Part shown: piece by piece, positions 1-16,643 of the stretch | How the letters are laid out: each line of letters starts with the position of its first letter | Position numbering within the stretch: the first letter of the stretch is position 1 | Source: Balanoglossus misakiensis | Taxonomy: Eukaryota; Animalia; Hemichordata | Direction of reading: 5' to 3' | Length of the DNA stretch: 64,000 bases | Assembly (NCBI GenBank): GCA_040954595.2 | Contig: CM082578.2 | Location: 7,983,519 to 8,047,518, forward strand | Position numbers and translations under genes: made by a program | The notes under the pieces: generated by a model | Database searches by the model: none | What the model was told of the DNA's origin: nothing | Seen by the model: the letters and a program-made list of their open reading frames with translations, nothing else

Positions 1-991
1 TCAGCTCTGTAAGGGGAGAACCATTTGATTTCTGGAAGGGGGTGGATGGAGCAGTTTTGGGGAAATGATATTTGTTGGCAGATGGAGGAACAGAAATCTT
101 CTGTAAATTGTTCTCCCTATGTGACCAATCGCATTCTGAACTCACAGACTTTCCCTGCTGAATGTAAAGAATCATATTATATAAAATGGTGTGATTTATT
201 TGGATAACGTACGTTAATTTTGCAGTCATGGAGCCCCACTTGAAACTTAACGCTGTCAGAATCAAGAAATAAAACCAAAGAAATAATGCAGTATTTTATT
301 TAATAGAATACCACGTGACCCAACTTGCCAATAACACGGAATTTGGCAGTTTAGAGAATATTCCCAGTTCAGCCAAACGACGACGGGCGACTGTTTCCAC
401 TTCCAGAAAGTCTGACATGACCCCCGCATCCTGCCTGTGTTGTGAGACAGGGAATAATTGAGAGAGCGGTCTGGATTTCGTTGCCGGGTATTTTTAGAAC
501 AAACAGCCCATGGAAAGCTTTGCCGCCTGTCAAAACTTATACGTCTCCCAGCTTACCTGTGTGGTCTCAGAAATAAACCCGGCTGTGGGTTGGTACAGAA
601 TCATCAGCATTACGCCATACATTAATGTGATGGATGGGTTGCGGCTAAACATACATACAGTCACATAGTTTTTCACCAGACTAAGTGTGTGCAAACATAT
701 CACATAAATACAGGTGGTATGAAAGAGCGGTGAAATATCAAATGCATGTGCAGTGATAGGAAGTCATGCTATACACATAATGTAGATGTTCTTGTGTAAA
801 TCATAGACAGTAGCCTAGGGTACTGTCTATGTGTAAATGCTCTAAGACATACGTATATATGATCAGAGTATTTTCTTTTGTTTTGTTTTGTACGTTTACC
901 GAAGAACCGGAATCACCGCGAAGTACGCCGATAAACCAATGCATGTGTTCGCGATAGGTAATTACTCATGACGTCATTTTTATCAATTCAG

Positions 992-3990
992 CCTTTCAGA
1001 TCAAATTCCGATGCAATGGTCAAAGTGAAGGCTATGCCACTGTGAGAGTCAATCTCAAGATAACAGACGTCAGACTGGTGGAAGAAATCGACGCTTCCCC
1101 TGTCAATGTCCGTTTCCGAAAACAATGCAACAAAGGTATGTTTAATACGCGAGTAATATCACAAAGAGTTTGGTCAAAAGGAACTATCTCTCCCTGTGTA
1201 CCGAATGCGAACGAATGAATAAACTTTCTTGAAACCTTCTTAACAGGAACGAGAAAAAATATCCCGTCTCCAACATTAAATCGCGTCCCAGCTGCTGATA
1301 TATGAGTATAATAACTTTGAATTTTGTTTAGTTACATCAGCCGAGGGCACCATTTCTGAACAGCTGTAGTCTGAATAGTTTTGTGTCTTGGGAGAATGGA
1401 TATGTGTTCAGTTCTGCATTATGATTATGCATATGATAAACTCATATTCCTCCCCCATCAGTACAGAAATAGGCCGGTTTGGGAAACAGGTGACATATCA
1501 ATTTAAAACAGTGACATAAAAGACCCAAACTTATGCCTCCTCGTCATGATTTTTAATATGAGGGGTGTGGATACATGCATGTACTATTGCCACCACCGCT
1601 TCATGAAAGTGGGTTAAAATACAATGTACCTACAATCGGGCAAATTCAACCCCTCGACGTATACATGCAACGCTTTTGAGCTTATGGTGTTTGCATAGAA
1701 TTCGACTGTTAGCAGAAATGCATATTACACAACACATAGGGCCTATAGACAGACCGAGTTGACAAGGCAGACCTTAAAGACAGCAGAGGTGGAACTCAAC
1801 GCCTGTGGTCAGATGCAATAAGCCGGAGAGAGGAACGAGAAACGGCAGTTGATAAACAAAAAATGAAAATTCTGTAAAACAAATGTCAAAAGTTACAGCA
1901 ACGCTGTCCCTTTGCGGTGAATGAATAAATGCAGCTGTGGAAATATGGCTGTGAATCCGTGAGATTCTTTATCTCTGGTTAACTCCGATCGTCTTACCAC
2001 GAAATAATTGCAAAATAAGTATTGCTTACAAGAAGAAGTTGACATGGTTTTTTTACCACTGAAACAGCTGCGAGTTGCTGGTACTTTGACATCGGAGTCC
2101 TGAAAGTGTGCAGGGACACTCAATTCTTCGACTATCATTGAACCCAGAAGAAAATTTTCACAGAAAACTACAAAATGATCACGTTATAAAATACATTCAT
2201 ATATACTGAGATCTAATGCTGTTGATTCTATTCTGGAACCTGTAAACGACTGCAGGAGTTAGTCTTGAGTTGAAGGCAAAACTTCCAAGCCCATGCAGCG
2301 TCAGCTGTTGTCTCCATGGAGTTAAGTTTGACACCATGTTTGTCAGGTGATTGTTTTCCATTCAAATTCTATTCCATAGAAATAATTTTGCCTTCTGCTC
2401 CAATCTACCCAACTTTAGGTCAGTCAGACATTGCAGGATTGTTTACTATAATTACAAATTTGCTTAAATGTGCTTATTTGTGTTTGTTTTCCTCGTTATC
2501 AATGCTTACAGTGAAGGCGCTTACCTGCAACCCATCTTGTGCCAACGGTGGTGTTTGTGATGATCGCGGTCTGTGTGAGTGCCCCAATGGTTTCTACGGA
2601 CCCACCTGTGAACAAGGTAAAACTTGTTTCTTGTCTGGACATGTGAAATGTTGTCTCTGTGATGAACGATGCATTAGGCCTATACAAGTATATTGTCTTA
2701 TCGAGATGCAAATCGTGCGCTGAAAGGCTCTTTGGGCTAATGCAAAACTCTGACCACTGAAGTGATTTTGTTTAAAGGAGCATATGCAATGCACAGACAA
2801 CATTTTGTTTCAAAATTTCAAGATCCGTGCACAGACAAAGTGGCCATTGTTTATATCTATAGAAGTGCCCACGTCAAGAAATATAGGTCTTTAAAAATCC
2901 ACGACACTTGGCACTCTACATCTACTGTGAAATTTCAAAATTCACATCATCCAATACATGTGTCACTCATAGTCAAGTACATTATATTTATGCCTTTCAG
3001 CTCTCTGCAACCCCCATTGCTACAACAACGGAATATGCATGTATCCGGGTATTTGCGTCTGCCAGGATGGTTTCCATGGTGACCACTGTGAAATAGGTAT
3101 TCAATACTACCGCCTTTATATTGCATGAAGAAAAATCTTAAAACCATTAATGTTTCAAATCAACGTTACGATTTAAGAGAAACTGGCACATTACTATGTC
3201 TGATATGCATACACCCTTGTCTGTCTTGCGATACAACTTATAGCTCGACCCGTTGTTGATACCATCAAACTGCTCAAACTTTTATTACACCCAATATCAG
3301 TGAGGCTACGCTTTTTGGTATTCTCGCTGTTAATAGATGCATGCTAGATTCACCGTGCATACTTTTTCATAAACAGGTTTATGTTCCAAATCCTGTGGCC
3401 CCCATGGTCTGTGTATGGGACCCGAAACATGCCAATGTCACAGACACTGGTACGGGAGGTACTGCAACAAAAGTAAGTACATGTGTACTCAGTTGCTATG
3501 AATGCATGCATGCGTATTTAATATGAATCATTAAAAACAATTACCCATAATGAGCATATTCTGCTAAAACACGAAACAGCATGATTTTCTTTTTTATATC
3601 TGTAGTCTGTTAAAATAATTCAAACCGCTCATCTTTCTCTTCCTCTACTGGCTAGTTTCAAATTGTTCATATTCTAAATTAAGGGGATTATTAAATTATG
3701 CCGTCCAAACAGATACCATGGATTACGTTAATTGATCATATTCTGGATTAAAAGGAGTTAGTCAGGGTTTTTATCGTCCAACATGTAGACTATATATAGA
3801 CTGCGTTGCCAGCGCAATGTAGGAATGACATGACATTGACAAATCAGACACATATTCAATAACCTCGGTACGTTCATTCCTTCCAGAACTGGATGACATT
3901 TTCAAAGGAACTTTTCGAGGTCACCACAAGAGACACCACCTCAGGAAATGGAAGAAACATCATAAAAATACGTCATATATGCCTTTATAG
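992..3990 (+). CDS. WIF-domain/EGF-repeat secreted protein (WIF1/Shifted-like), 3' part; 5' exons lie upstream of the window
   Basis: In-phase GT-AG exons at 992-1135 (FQIKFRCNGQSEGYATVRVNLKI...SPVNVRFRKQCNK, like the C-terminal half of a WIF domain), 2512-2616, 3001-3096 and 3377-3472 (three 6-Cys EGF repeats, e.g. CNPSCANGGVCDDRGLCECPNGFYGPTCE), and 3887-3990 (basic His/Lys tail, TAG). AATAAA near 4333. Confidence 0.8.
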
Positions 3991-4931
3991 TCCATATGGT
4001 CAACTTGGTGTCGACCTTTTCTTTAAATCTAAGAGTTTACATAAAGTATCAAGGTGATGGTAGCTTTATAGAATGGGTTTTTAAACAGACGTAAAACTTT
4101 CCTTCTGCTACGATTATTTACTATTGTATTATACTTCAAAAGTTACTGAATACAAGTGAGATGGAGTGAGGTAAAATATAAGTACAGTAGTACATGTAGT
4201 GTTAACCGTTTTTGCATGTTTTTCGCGACTGTTTTGTGTGGGAGTCTACTTGCACAATTATTGTAATGAAGTGTTTATGTTACATGGTCTCACGTATGCA
4301 AGGTACTGTGACAGAACATTTATTCGTGGACAAATAAATCATTGGGAATTTCTTTCTTGACAACTGTGATTTCATAGTACCCTGGAATTACAAACCTTCA
4401 GTCCCATTATGAACCACATTTTTTTCAAGTGTGTTTACGTGTGCATGTTCTTGTGCACCGACTGAGGCCGCCCACTTGTAGCTGGGTTCCAATTTATTTG
4501 CATTCAGTTCAAAGCTTTGATTATATAGCGGGCGACTCGTCACTCTCAAAACTGCTGTTGATATTCACGTTTAATTTTACACAGTGAAGATACACAGATT
4601 TTTTTCCCACTAAAAACGGTGAATGTTTATTTCACCAAATTGATTGAAAACTTGTAAACGCTATGTATAGTATTCAAAAGACTTTTGCAACTTCAACATA
4701 TTTCTGAGGATAAAAAATAAAAGCAGTACTTGCAACACTTCCCCGTCTCTATGGGTTCAACATATCGCATTTCCCGTTCCTCTTTCTCACAGACCACTTG
4801 AAGCGAAACCTTGAGGTACTGACATCTCAGTCTTAGTTGGAACCATTGCCAATGCAACGGCTTCAACAGAATACCCTTGGTACTCTGACAAGATTACACT
4901 CGCAAATTTTGACGCTTTCTTTTTATTTCAC

Positions 4932-7900
4932 TTACAAAAATCTACCCATCCTTCCGCCCGCCCCAAAGTTCGGAAATCCCCTGGGATTGGGGACTCTTGA
5001 AGAGCCTCTGGAATCTCGGACGCCACCTCCAGAACCGGGAATAAACGGCTGATCCGGTAACGGATTCAGTGGATCGATTCTCGGATCGATTCTGGGACCG
5101 GGAACTCTGGGTAGGTGAGGTCGCTGGGGATTTATGGCGAACGGATCTCGGTCGTAGTCTCCTCCTCTGCCATAAAAAAAATCAAATGAGAGGTGAAAGG
5201 TTCTGTGAATCAACAGATATACGCGCCACGCTGAGGATTGATGTTGATGTATACCATTCTACATTGCTTTCACTGTGGGCGAGGCATTACTTCATCTACA
5301 TCTGATTGATGAGAATCAAGCGGTAATTTGTCCGAGTACCATCGCAGAGTACACATACATTGCACGTTTGATCTGTTTTGAAATAGTTTTTAATCACAAA
5401 AGGGTCAAATCTGAACAAAAGTGTGGCAAGTACATATACACACGTACACCACATTCCAAACACAAGAAAAACAGAGGTTTGGGATATTCGGCCACTGAGG
5501 GCGCTACTGGACTACATTGAGATCTTGTTTCATTCAACGACTTACCTGACTCCAGGTGGATACATTGGCGGAATAGGTGGATGGAATGATGGGAAAATGC
5601 CCTGGGGATGAGGTATGAGTGGGGGAGGTGGCAACACTCTCCTGCGAGACTGCATTCTCTGTTTGTACCTCATGACGAAGAGCTACAAAACCGAACAGAA
5701 ATTACCAATGTAAAGTGTGCGAGTGAAATCGTATCATTTTGAAGGGTAGGGTATAAGGCAGTAACCTGAGTATGTGGACCTAGTGAAGATGACAAGAACT
5801 AGCAAAAACAATACTAGTACTTCACACAGGTGATGAATTATTTTCACAAGTTTCCATTAAGTCCATGCAACCAAACCAAAAAGCAAAGACACCTCAATCA
5901 AAGGTTCAACCTGGCCACAGTGACATGACAGTATTTTTTTAAAACCAAGATCAGCTTCCTTTGCAAATTTCCTGACAAGTGTCAGCAAAGTCAAGACCAT
6001 GCAGGGCTACCCTCAATAAATCCATTCCAACACACAATGTGGACCAGTTGCAAGAATTCTGCAGTTTCGCAGTCTTACCTTTTTCCAGTTTGGCTGCGAA
6101 GTGTCATATTTACCGAAGTGTTGGAGGTAGAGTCTTCTCCAGAGAGAGTTATCATTAACTAATCCATAGAAATCTTTACACACAGCAGACATTGCAACCA
6201 AACTCTTCAAATCTAAGAAACTGAGTATCCTCAGCTGGAGGACCAATAACAAAAGAGTTCAAAATGACTAACATTACATAAAAAATGATGCCCCTAACAT
6301 TACTGTAACTGGGATGACAAATGAAAATTACTGAGACAAACCATACCAGGCAAATGACACTGGACCTACACATACACAGGTGATCACTGATAACATGCAA
6401 ATATGAACAGACCTGTATCTCTGCCACGAGGGCAAGTAGTCCATGCAACGGTGGCTGACCTAGTTCTGTGTTTCAAAGAAATATAGACATGTAAACAATA
6501 TTGGACAGAATTGGCACTCTTGCAAGGTTGTCCTAATTATAATTAGGCAGTTCCTTGTCAATTCACTCTTCCACCAGGTGTTTACACCCCAGGTGCACGA
6601 ATGCTATAATCTACAATGATATGCTTTTCCTAGGTAACGAAAGGTGGCACTTTGCCCCGTGAAAAGTAACCTTTTTTCACTTTAAAAAACTATAGAACAC
6701 GTGAAAAGACATGAAAATTGGCCAAATCAAGTGTACTGACCTCTTCTCATTGTTGCTAGCAAACAGTAAGTGACGCCATCTTTGAAAATCCGAGACAGAA
6801 GAGGAAGCTGTGTGTATGCTTGAGCTGCGTCTAAAAAAATGAAATCAAATATGTTTGACCATAGTAACTGTATGTGTGTCCATGCACTGCAGTCATTCAC
6901 AGTCAGATCGTTCTTGTTGTGTATATTCTTCCTGTCTAATTCTTAAACCGATCATTGAATTAATACATACTTTGACTCAGTGGTAGGCAGACATAATCGG
7001 CTGGTTTCAACGTGAGCTGACATTTGGTTCCTTTGCTGTTCTGGATGGTCCCTGCAAGTTTGCGTGCAAAAATAAGAATCAACAAATTAGATATCATTAT
7101 GCATCCCGAAACCAATTTGTATGATTACAGACACAAATTTGAGGGTAGCTTCGCACCATAACATGCTGACATATATCTTAAACAATGGGACTTCACTCCA
7201 CAGGACAGCTGGTACAACTCCAACCTAACACTAAAACCATAAATATCCAGGAGACGTATCAAGGAGTTAAGTACAAGCGTGTACTGCTACAATGTGAAGG
7301 ATCTTTAGTTATCAATACAAAGGGAGAATCAGCATTGACCCAGAAAATTTGTATTCACCATGCACAACAAGCACTTGTCCCATCGGTACACACGTGACCT
7401 TGCAAACAGTGCCCTCACAGGTTGGATGAGTGTAGGTCAGACTGTATGCCCCAGGCATCTTCCAATCATCTGGCATCGTTTCAGGAACCTCGTCTGCCAA
7501 CAAATCTTGACAGTCCTCGGTGCTTCCACAAGAGGTGCTAGCATTAGCATGGCTTCCAGTTTTCACCTGAAACATCAAGCATAACAAATGAGTCTTTAAT
7601 TACTAATTAGCACCTAATGATGATATTGCGATCATTTGAAATAAACATATGGTTTGCTAGTCTGTGTTGGGTGTGTGTTTGTTAGTATACATTCACACAC
7701 ATTAAAGTGATTCATCAACAAACTCACGTTTTTTAATTTTCTCGACTGCAGAACTATACCAATACTTACACAGGCAGAGAATCCGCTCTCCAGCATGAGA
7801 ACATTCAGTACTACGCACATAGCTTCGTTGGCATTGCTTGGTTGGATTTCTGAAAACAACCTCTGCAGTCTGTATGGCACACTGTCCCCAGTGGATTCCC

Positions 7901-8377
7901 TGCATAGCATGGGCTCTGAGACCACTGACGGCTGGTCGACCTCGCAAACTCGCTTGGTTCCAACCTCGCTTTGCTGACTTCCACTCGCCTCTCTACTGCC
8001 ACTGCTGTAGTCTTCACACATCATGGTCTCTGGTCTTCCGTGACTTGCACTCGGGTTTCCTCTTTCTTCTTGCGCATCTCTTCTTTGTCGCTGTGGGTGC
8101 GGGGGAGGTTCTGGGTTCGGCCGAAATGCCGACGGGACCTCTCCGTTCCTGACAGCGATTCTTATCAGATCTCCGGACACGATGTCCAGATCTCTCAACG
8201 ATGTTGTGGATTCCCCATCGATTGCATCTTTGCCATTCAAGGTGACAATGAACGAGTCAGCTGCCAACCTAAATACAATCGATCATTGCAGGTTTTATCA
8301 ATGTTTTTGTTGTATTGGACACCATGATCACATGGGCATTACACTCTGTCTCATATCCAGTCGCAGTAGTAGAAGTT

Positions 8378-8438
<61 letters not shown>

Positions 8439-8901
8439 ACGAGTTGGCACTAAGAACGGCCATTAGGTCGTCTAATTTATGATTTCATAACAAGTAGTCA
8501 ATAGCAGTCGTCGATTGTGAAGACGCAGCTGTATTGTGTGTAAGGTCATCGAGAGGTCACCGCCAAGCAGACAGATCGCTTCAATGCAAGCAGACGACAT
8601 GTTATTCTTGTGCACGTACCGCAGTATGACGGCTGCTGTGGGCCGTATAAATGCACTGCTATCGCCGGACACTCTCGTCGTAATGTAGGGCTATTTACGT
8701 ACATGCTTAGGTACGTAAAACGATGACATGCACAATGTATATTGGTGTGTGCGTAATGGTCTCTCTTCAACAACACGTACAAATGTACGTGATTACTTAC
8801 CCAAAAGTTGCTGCAACGAGCTCTACCAATGATCCAAGCACAGCATCGTTTTCAATGACAACATTTTCAGTCCTCGAGCCGAGTCTTAGCCTGAGTCTCA
8901 T
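4932..8901 (-). CDS. FBXO7: F-box only protein 7 (Ubl, FP/PI31-like, F-box and proline-rich domains), 9 coding exons
   Basis: Starts MRLRLRLGSRT (ATG at 8901). Exons approx 8801-8901, 7769-8268, 7359-7567, 6972-7052, 6741-6831, 6414-6466, 6079-6234, 5547-5682, 4932-5167 splice in frame. FP-type motifs CVVLNVLMLESGF, MPDDWKMPGAYSLTYTHP and LSRIFKD; F-box LLALVAEIQLRILSFLDLKSLVAMSAVCK...LWRRLY; Pro-rich end with GGDYDRDP and GPRIDP. Confidence 0.9.
8378..8440. repeat. Compound (CAT)n(CAA)n microsatellite in FBXO7 intron 1
   Basis: tcatcatcat...caacaacaac run visible directly. Confidence 0.9.
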
Positions 8902-9334
8902 GACTGCATAAAAATCATGATGATGATGACGTTACCCGACAACCTGACATCAACTGTGAGGACAACGAAGAACGGGGTCAACGTCCTCTTTGTCCAAATG
9001 AAAACAGACTTTCCAACTCGACACTGCGCAAGACCGGAAGTTATAGTGATATTTATTTCATAAAGCATTTTAGCTTTTTTTTAATGTCATATTCTTTGTA
9101 ATTTATAATAAACCAAGTCTTTTTCAACCTTGCTTTGAAGATATGTACTGCAAATATTTCTTGAACCAGTTTCCCTTCGAGATTTCGTACGTGAATTGCG
9201 CACCCGGAAGTAAATGATGTCACGGTCACATTGGAGTGATGATCAGCGCACGAATGATGTTATGTTGAATAGCAGCTGATATCTGGAGGTTTCTCGTCAA
9301 TCTGTACCTTGTGTGTAAATTTCAGGGGTTACAA
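8902..9334. promoter_or_regulatory. Putative bidirectional promoter between FBXO7 and the CARD gene, with ETS/GABP-type CCGGAAGT motifs
   Basis: CCGGAAGT at 9034-9041 and 9204-9211, each just after TGCGCA. The two genes diverge across about 680 bp. Likely 5'UTR intron of the CARD gene at about 9335-9569 (gtgagt...ttgtag). Confidence 0.55.
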
Positions 9335-9577
9335 GTGAGTAACTTGTCATTCTGGAACTATTGTACCCACTTGAAGTATCGATCTTAGATTGATGTTGCT
9401 GTTTACCACGTTGTGAAGTCCTGATAGTCCAGCTGGCGATCAACTAGGAAAGAAGCAACCGCATAGCTCAACTGTCAACAAGAAAGTGAGCACTTACTGT
9501 TAGTGTAGTGAAAAACTTGGTAAACCCATTTTCCTATTGTCGATTTACCGTTTGGACTATCTATTGTAGAAGCGAGT

Positions 9578-10138
9578 ATGAAAGACGAGGATAAAAGGCG
9601 TCTAAGAGTAAATCGCGTGGATCTGGTCAAGGACCTCGACGTGAAATACGTGCTGGATCACCTCATAGCAACTTTCGTGTTAGATATTGACGACGATGAG
9701 AGAATACGTGCAGAGAAGACGCGTCAGGACAGAGCTGGGAAACTCCTCAATATGCTCGAGAAGTCAACGAACCCGAACGCATATGCGGAGTTCCGGAAGG
9801 CCTTGGCGGATCCGTACCCACATTTGGTGGAGCAGTTGGACAAGACCCCGATGGCGAACGTGAGAGTCGCCGAACACGAGAAATTCGCCTATGGTGTCCA
9901 AGAGAGCGAAGAGCACGGCAGGGCCGAAATGGCCGCTTATCACCACGAGAGGGACGAGTACACCGACATGGCTGTGCCGTCGCAGGCGTGTGCATCGGGG
10001 GACAAGTCGAACGTGGTGATGAGCAGCCACTCGCAGAAAACGACCACCAGCAATTACGCCGAAATCAAAGGGAGGGGTAACTTTGTGATCATGGGTGGCC
10101 AGAACACCACGATCAACATCAAGAGCAAGAAAAAGTGA
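9578..10138 (+). CDS. CARD-containing adaptor, 186 aa, single coding exon, with a C-terminal RHIM-like segment
   Basis: aa 1-88 match the CARD pattern (LRVNRVDLVKDLDVKYVLDHL...ERIRAEKTRQDRAGKLLNML...AYAEFRKAL...YPHLVEQL). No caspase or death domain follows. The C-terminus is NYAEIKGRGNFVIMGGQNTTINI. Codon usage is GC3-rich relative to the flanks. Confidence 0.85.
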   Translation: MKDEDKRRLRVNRVDLVKDLDVKYVLDHLIATFVLDIDDDERIRAEKTRQDRAGKLLNMLEKSTNPNAYAEFRKALADPYPHLVEQLDKTPMANVRVAEHEKFAYGVQESEEHGRAEMAAYHHERDEYTDMAVPSQACASGDKSNVVMSSHSQKTTTSNYAEIKGRGNFVIMGGQNTTINIKSKKK

Positions 10139-11305
10139 AGTTCAACTGGGTTGTCAAACCAACCCAGCACACTTTTGCAAACACTGCCGTCACGGTGGTA
10201 AAAGTTCACGTACGAAGTCACGGTCCCTTCACCATACTGTGATGTAGTAGCATTTCACCGTAAATCTTACAATTTCCGATAACATTTAGGATTTGCCACT
10301 TCCCTTATTCAGTGGCATCAGTGAATCTTTCCCGGAATGTTGGATGTGTAATTACACAATTTTCCATATTCATTAAGCAACTCTCAAAGGTTCACTACTG
10401 TAACAATAATCAACACAAAATGTTTTAGTAGGAAATGCAAAGGATTGACACCAAGCAGAATCAGAAATAACTTATCAATTCATTTTTTTCAGTCGCACTT
10501 CTAGTGTGACTAATCGTCTGTCTGTCTCACAACACAAATTGAATACATGTATATTATCAATATTACCGTCTTAACAAAGTACTAGATTTGTTTTAACCTT
10601 TTCTGTAATTGTTCAGTATTTATTTCATCACTTTATAATTGCACAAGTAGTGTAGTAATCAGAAGTAAGTGCATTTGGCATGAGCAAGCACTGCCAAGAC
10701 ACTATACTCCCATGGCCTTTCTACCCCTTGTAGCAACGATACGATGAAGATGAAGGCAAAATCCATCACAAAGAACTGTGCGATTGTACCATGGTCCATT
10801 CCAATTCTGGGTTTAAACTTTTGTCAGTCAATACACTGTAAGTGAGTTGAGGGCAGTTATAAAAATTACAGAACGTGTGTAGAATTCAGTATCTCCTAAA
10901 CTATCCTCGGAACAGCACTTTATGTACTAGTACATCAAAATAGTCCACCAATATGAAATGTCTTACCTAAATTGGGTTTAATTTATTGTACAATGACGTA
11001 ATAAGTGAAATGTAAATGAAATATGCCAATAATAAAGGTGATTTTTGTGGTTGTGAATTGCTGTTTTAAGCGGTACACTCATAAAGATTTAAAACCGTTA
11101 TTCATAATCCATCAGCTACTAGTATTCTCTCTACTTGATTCGACTTTGGCGTGAAAATTCAGTATCAATCGCTTGTTCTTGAATTATTTGGATGGTGTAT
11201 ATTACGAATTGGATCTAAATCGCCCACTCTTGTTGTCTTCGAAGTCTTGAAATGGCACTAATACATTTAGCAAATATATTGTCTTTCAGAGGTTAAAATG
11301 CATTG

Positions 11306-14857
<3,552 letters not shown>

Positions 14858-16643
14858 TGCTGCGCCGTCGGTGTCAGGAAACACAGAATTCAAGTTCACT
14901 TTCTAGGCGGTAAAATAAATTGGTTCCTCGGTGACCTGTTTCCAACAAAAACGACAGAACGACAGTCACAGGGACTGTACAGTAAACTTTGACCATAGAC
15001 TGTCTATGCTTTGACTGCACTGGTAAAGGTAAAGTCGACACTCGGATCACGAAATCCAGTGATGTTACACAAACATTGCGACTCAATTTTCATTTATGTC
15101 TAAACGTTTTGTGACAGAAACTTTTTACATTACTAATTCAACATAAAAACCGATTATTTTAGGAATCGCTAATTAAACACATTTTACTTATTTTCTCTCA
15201 TTTGCTATAATTTCAGTTTTCATTCACAGTTGTCTTTGGTCAGGGGGTATTGGGGTCACATCTTGGAGTCCCTAGCAGTGAGAGAAACCTGCCCACGTCA
15301 GGAAAAAATCTGGTTAAACAAGCTGGGCTGGTGGGTCTTCGGTGAACTTCTTCTGCGTCGCTGTCACGTCTCTACAAGACCATGAAGGTAGCAAAGCTAT
15401 GAGAGCTTAAAAATACTGGTACCGCCCTCCCCGAGTCAGTTAAAAATGACCGACCCTTTATGGAGGGCCTGTGATTTATTGAACTCCATCGCATGCACGG
15501 ACAATAACGGAGTCCTTCTCTCCCATCAACGTCGACAAATTCGTGTAACAGCTCGAGTCCAGCTAAGACAACTTCCACAGTCGTGGTAGCTGGCTACGGT
15601 TGCATGTGCATGTACACGGAGCGATTGTTTTTTCCAGATCAAGATATAAACACTTACCTGTGATTGTTTCGCAAGGAAGACGCCTGTCTCAGACTGACTG
15701 GCCGATCAGTAACCTACATATAATCCACGTGTGGACGATTGTTCAAATAGCGGAAACCACCAAAACAAGGTTATGTCAACCGATTAGCGATATGTTTACC
15801 TTGAAACGGACAGCGGCCTATACGTGTCAACGTCACCCTTATACAACATTCAAACTCAGGTGATTGTTTGCGGAAACACCGATAGACCTCGTCCGCGAAT
15901 AACACCTGCTGCGAAATCGAAAGTTGTCAAGTGTGTCATGTCTGTGTTGTCTATAGGTTAGACAGTAAGAGACAGTTCACAACACGCGTATTACGTAATT
16001 AGGAAAGGTGGAGATCATTTCCATGGTGTAATGCCGCTATGTCCAGACGATCAAAGTCCATATTTATTATTCAAAAGATATCATATTGTATTGTTGTCGC
16101 CGGAGACTTTTTAAACGACATATTCAGCGTACGAGAAGCCGAAACCTTTGGCACTCCCCGAACTAAATTAGCTGGTCACCAACACAATGGATGTCCTAGT
16201 TATGATAATTCTGTGTGCCTTTTATCAGACGATCGTGAGCGAGCGCACTAAAGTTGGGTTAATATTTTACATTTTTGTGCCATTTCACAACGGCCGAGGG
16301 TCTGTTATCGTATTATAACTGATGTCCAACGGTGTCATAAAGTTCTTTTTAAGATCAGTTATCGTATTAACCTATGGGCATAGACCTTCCAAGGCAATGC
16401 ACTTTGGTCAAAGCGCCGTTCTTTATACCAATGCAAATTTGCATGTTATGAATATGACACCTGGTTAGTGTAAAATTTAGAACCATGGAAATTGTGAGCT
16501 GATGTGTAAAGATGCCTCATAAGTTGGTTGGATTGACTGTGGTGGTCAATTCCTTTGTCAAGTCGCTCTTCAAATACGTGTACCACAGGTACGTGAATGC
16601 AGTATCCTACGAGCATAGGCGTCAGCAGAGGAGCTGTACATAG

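Noticed and set aside
8182-8466. Poly-His/poly-Gln ORF
   Set aside because: A microsatellite in FBXO7 intron 1, read antisense to the gene.
15240-15660. Moderately GC-rich segment with short ORFs upstream of SDR paralog 1
   Set aside because: No recognisable protein motif; more likely 5'UTR exons or promoter.
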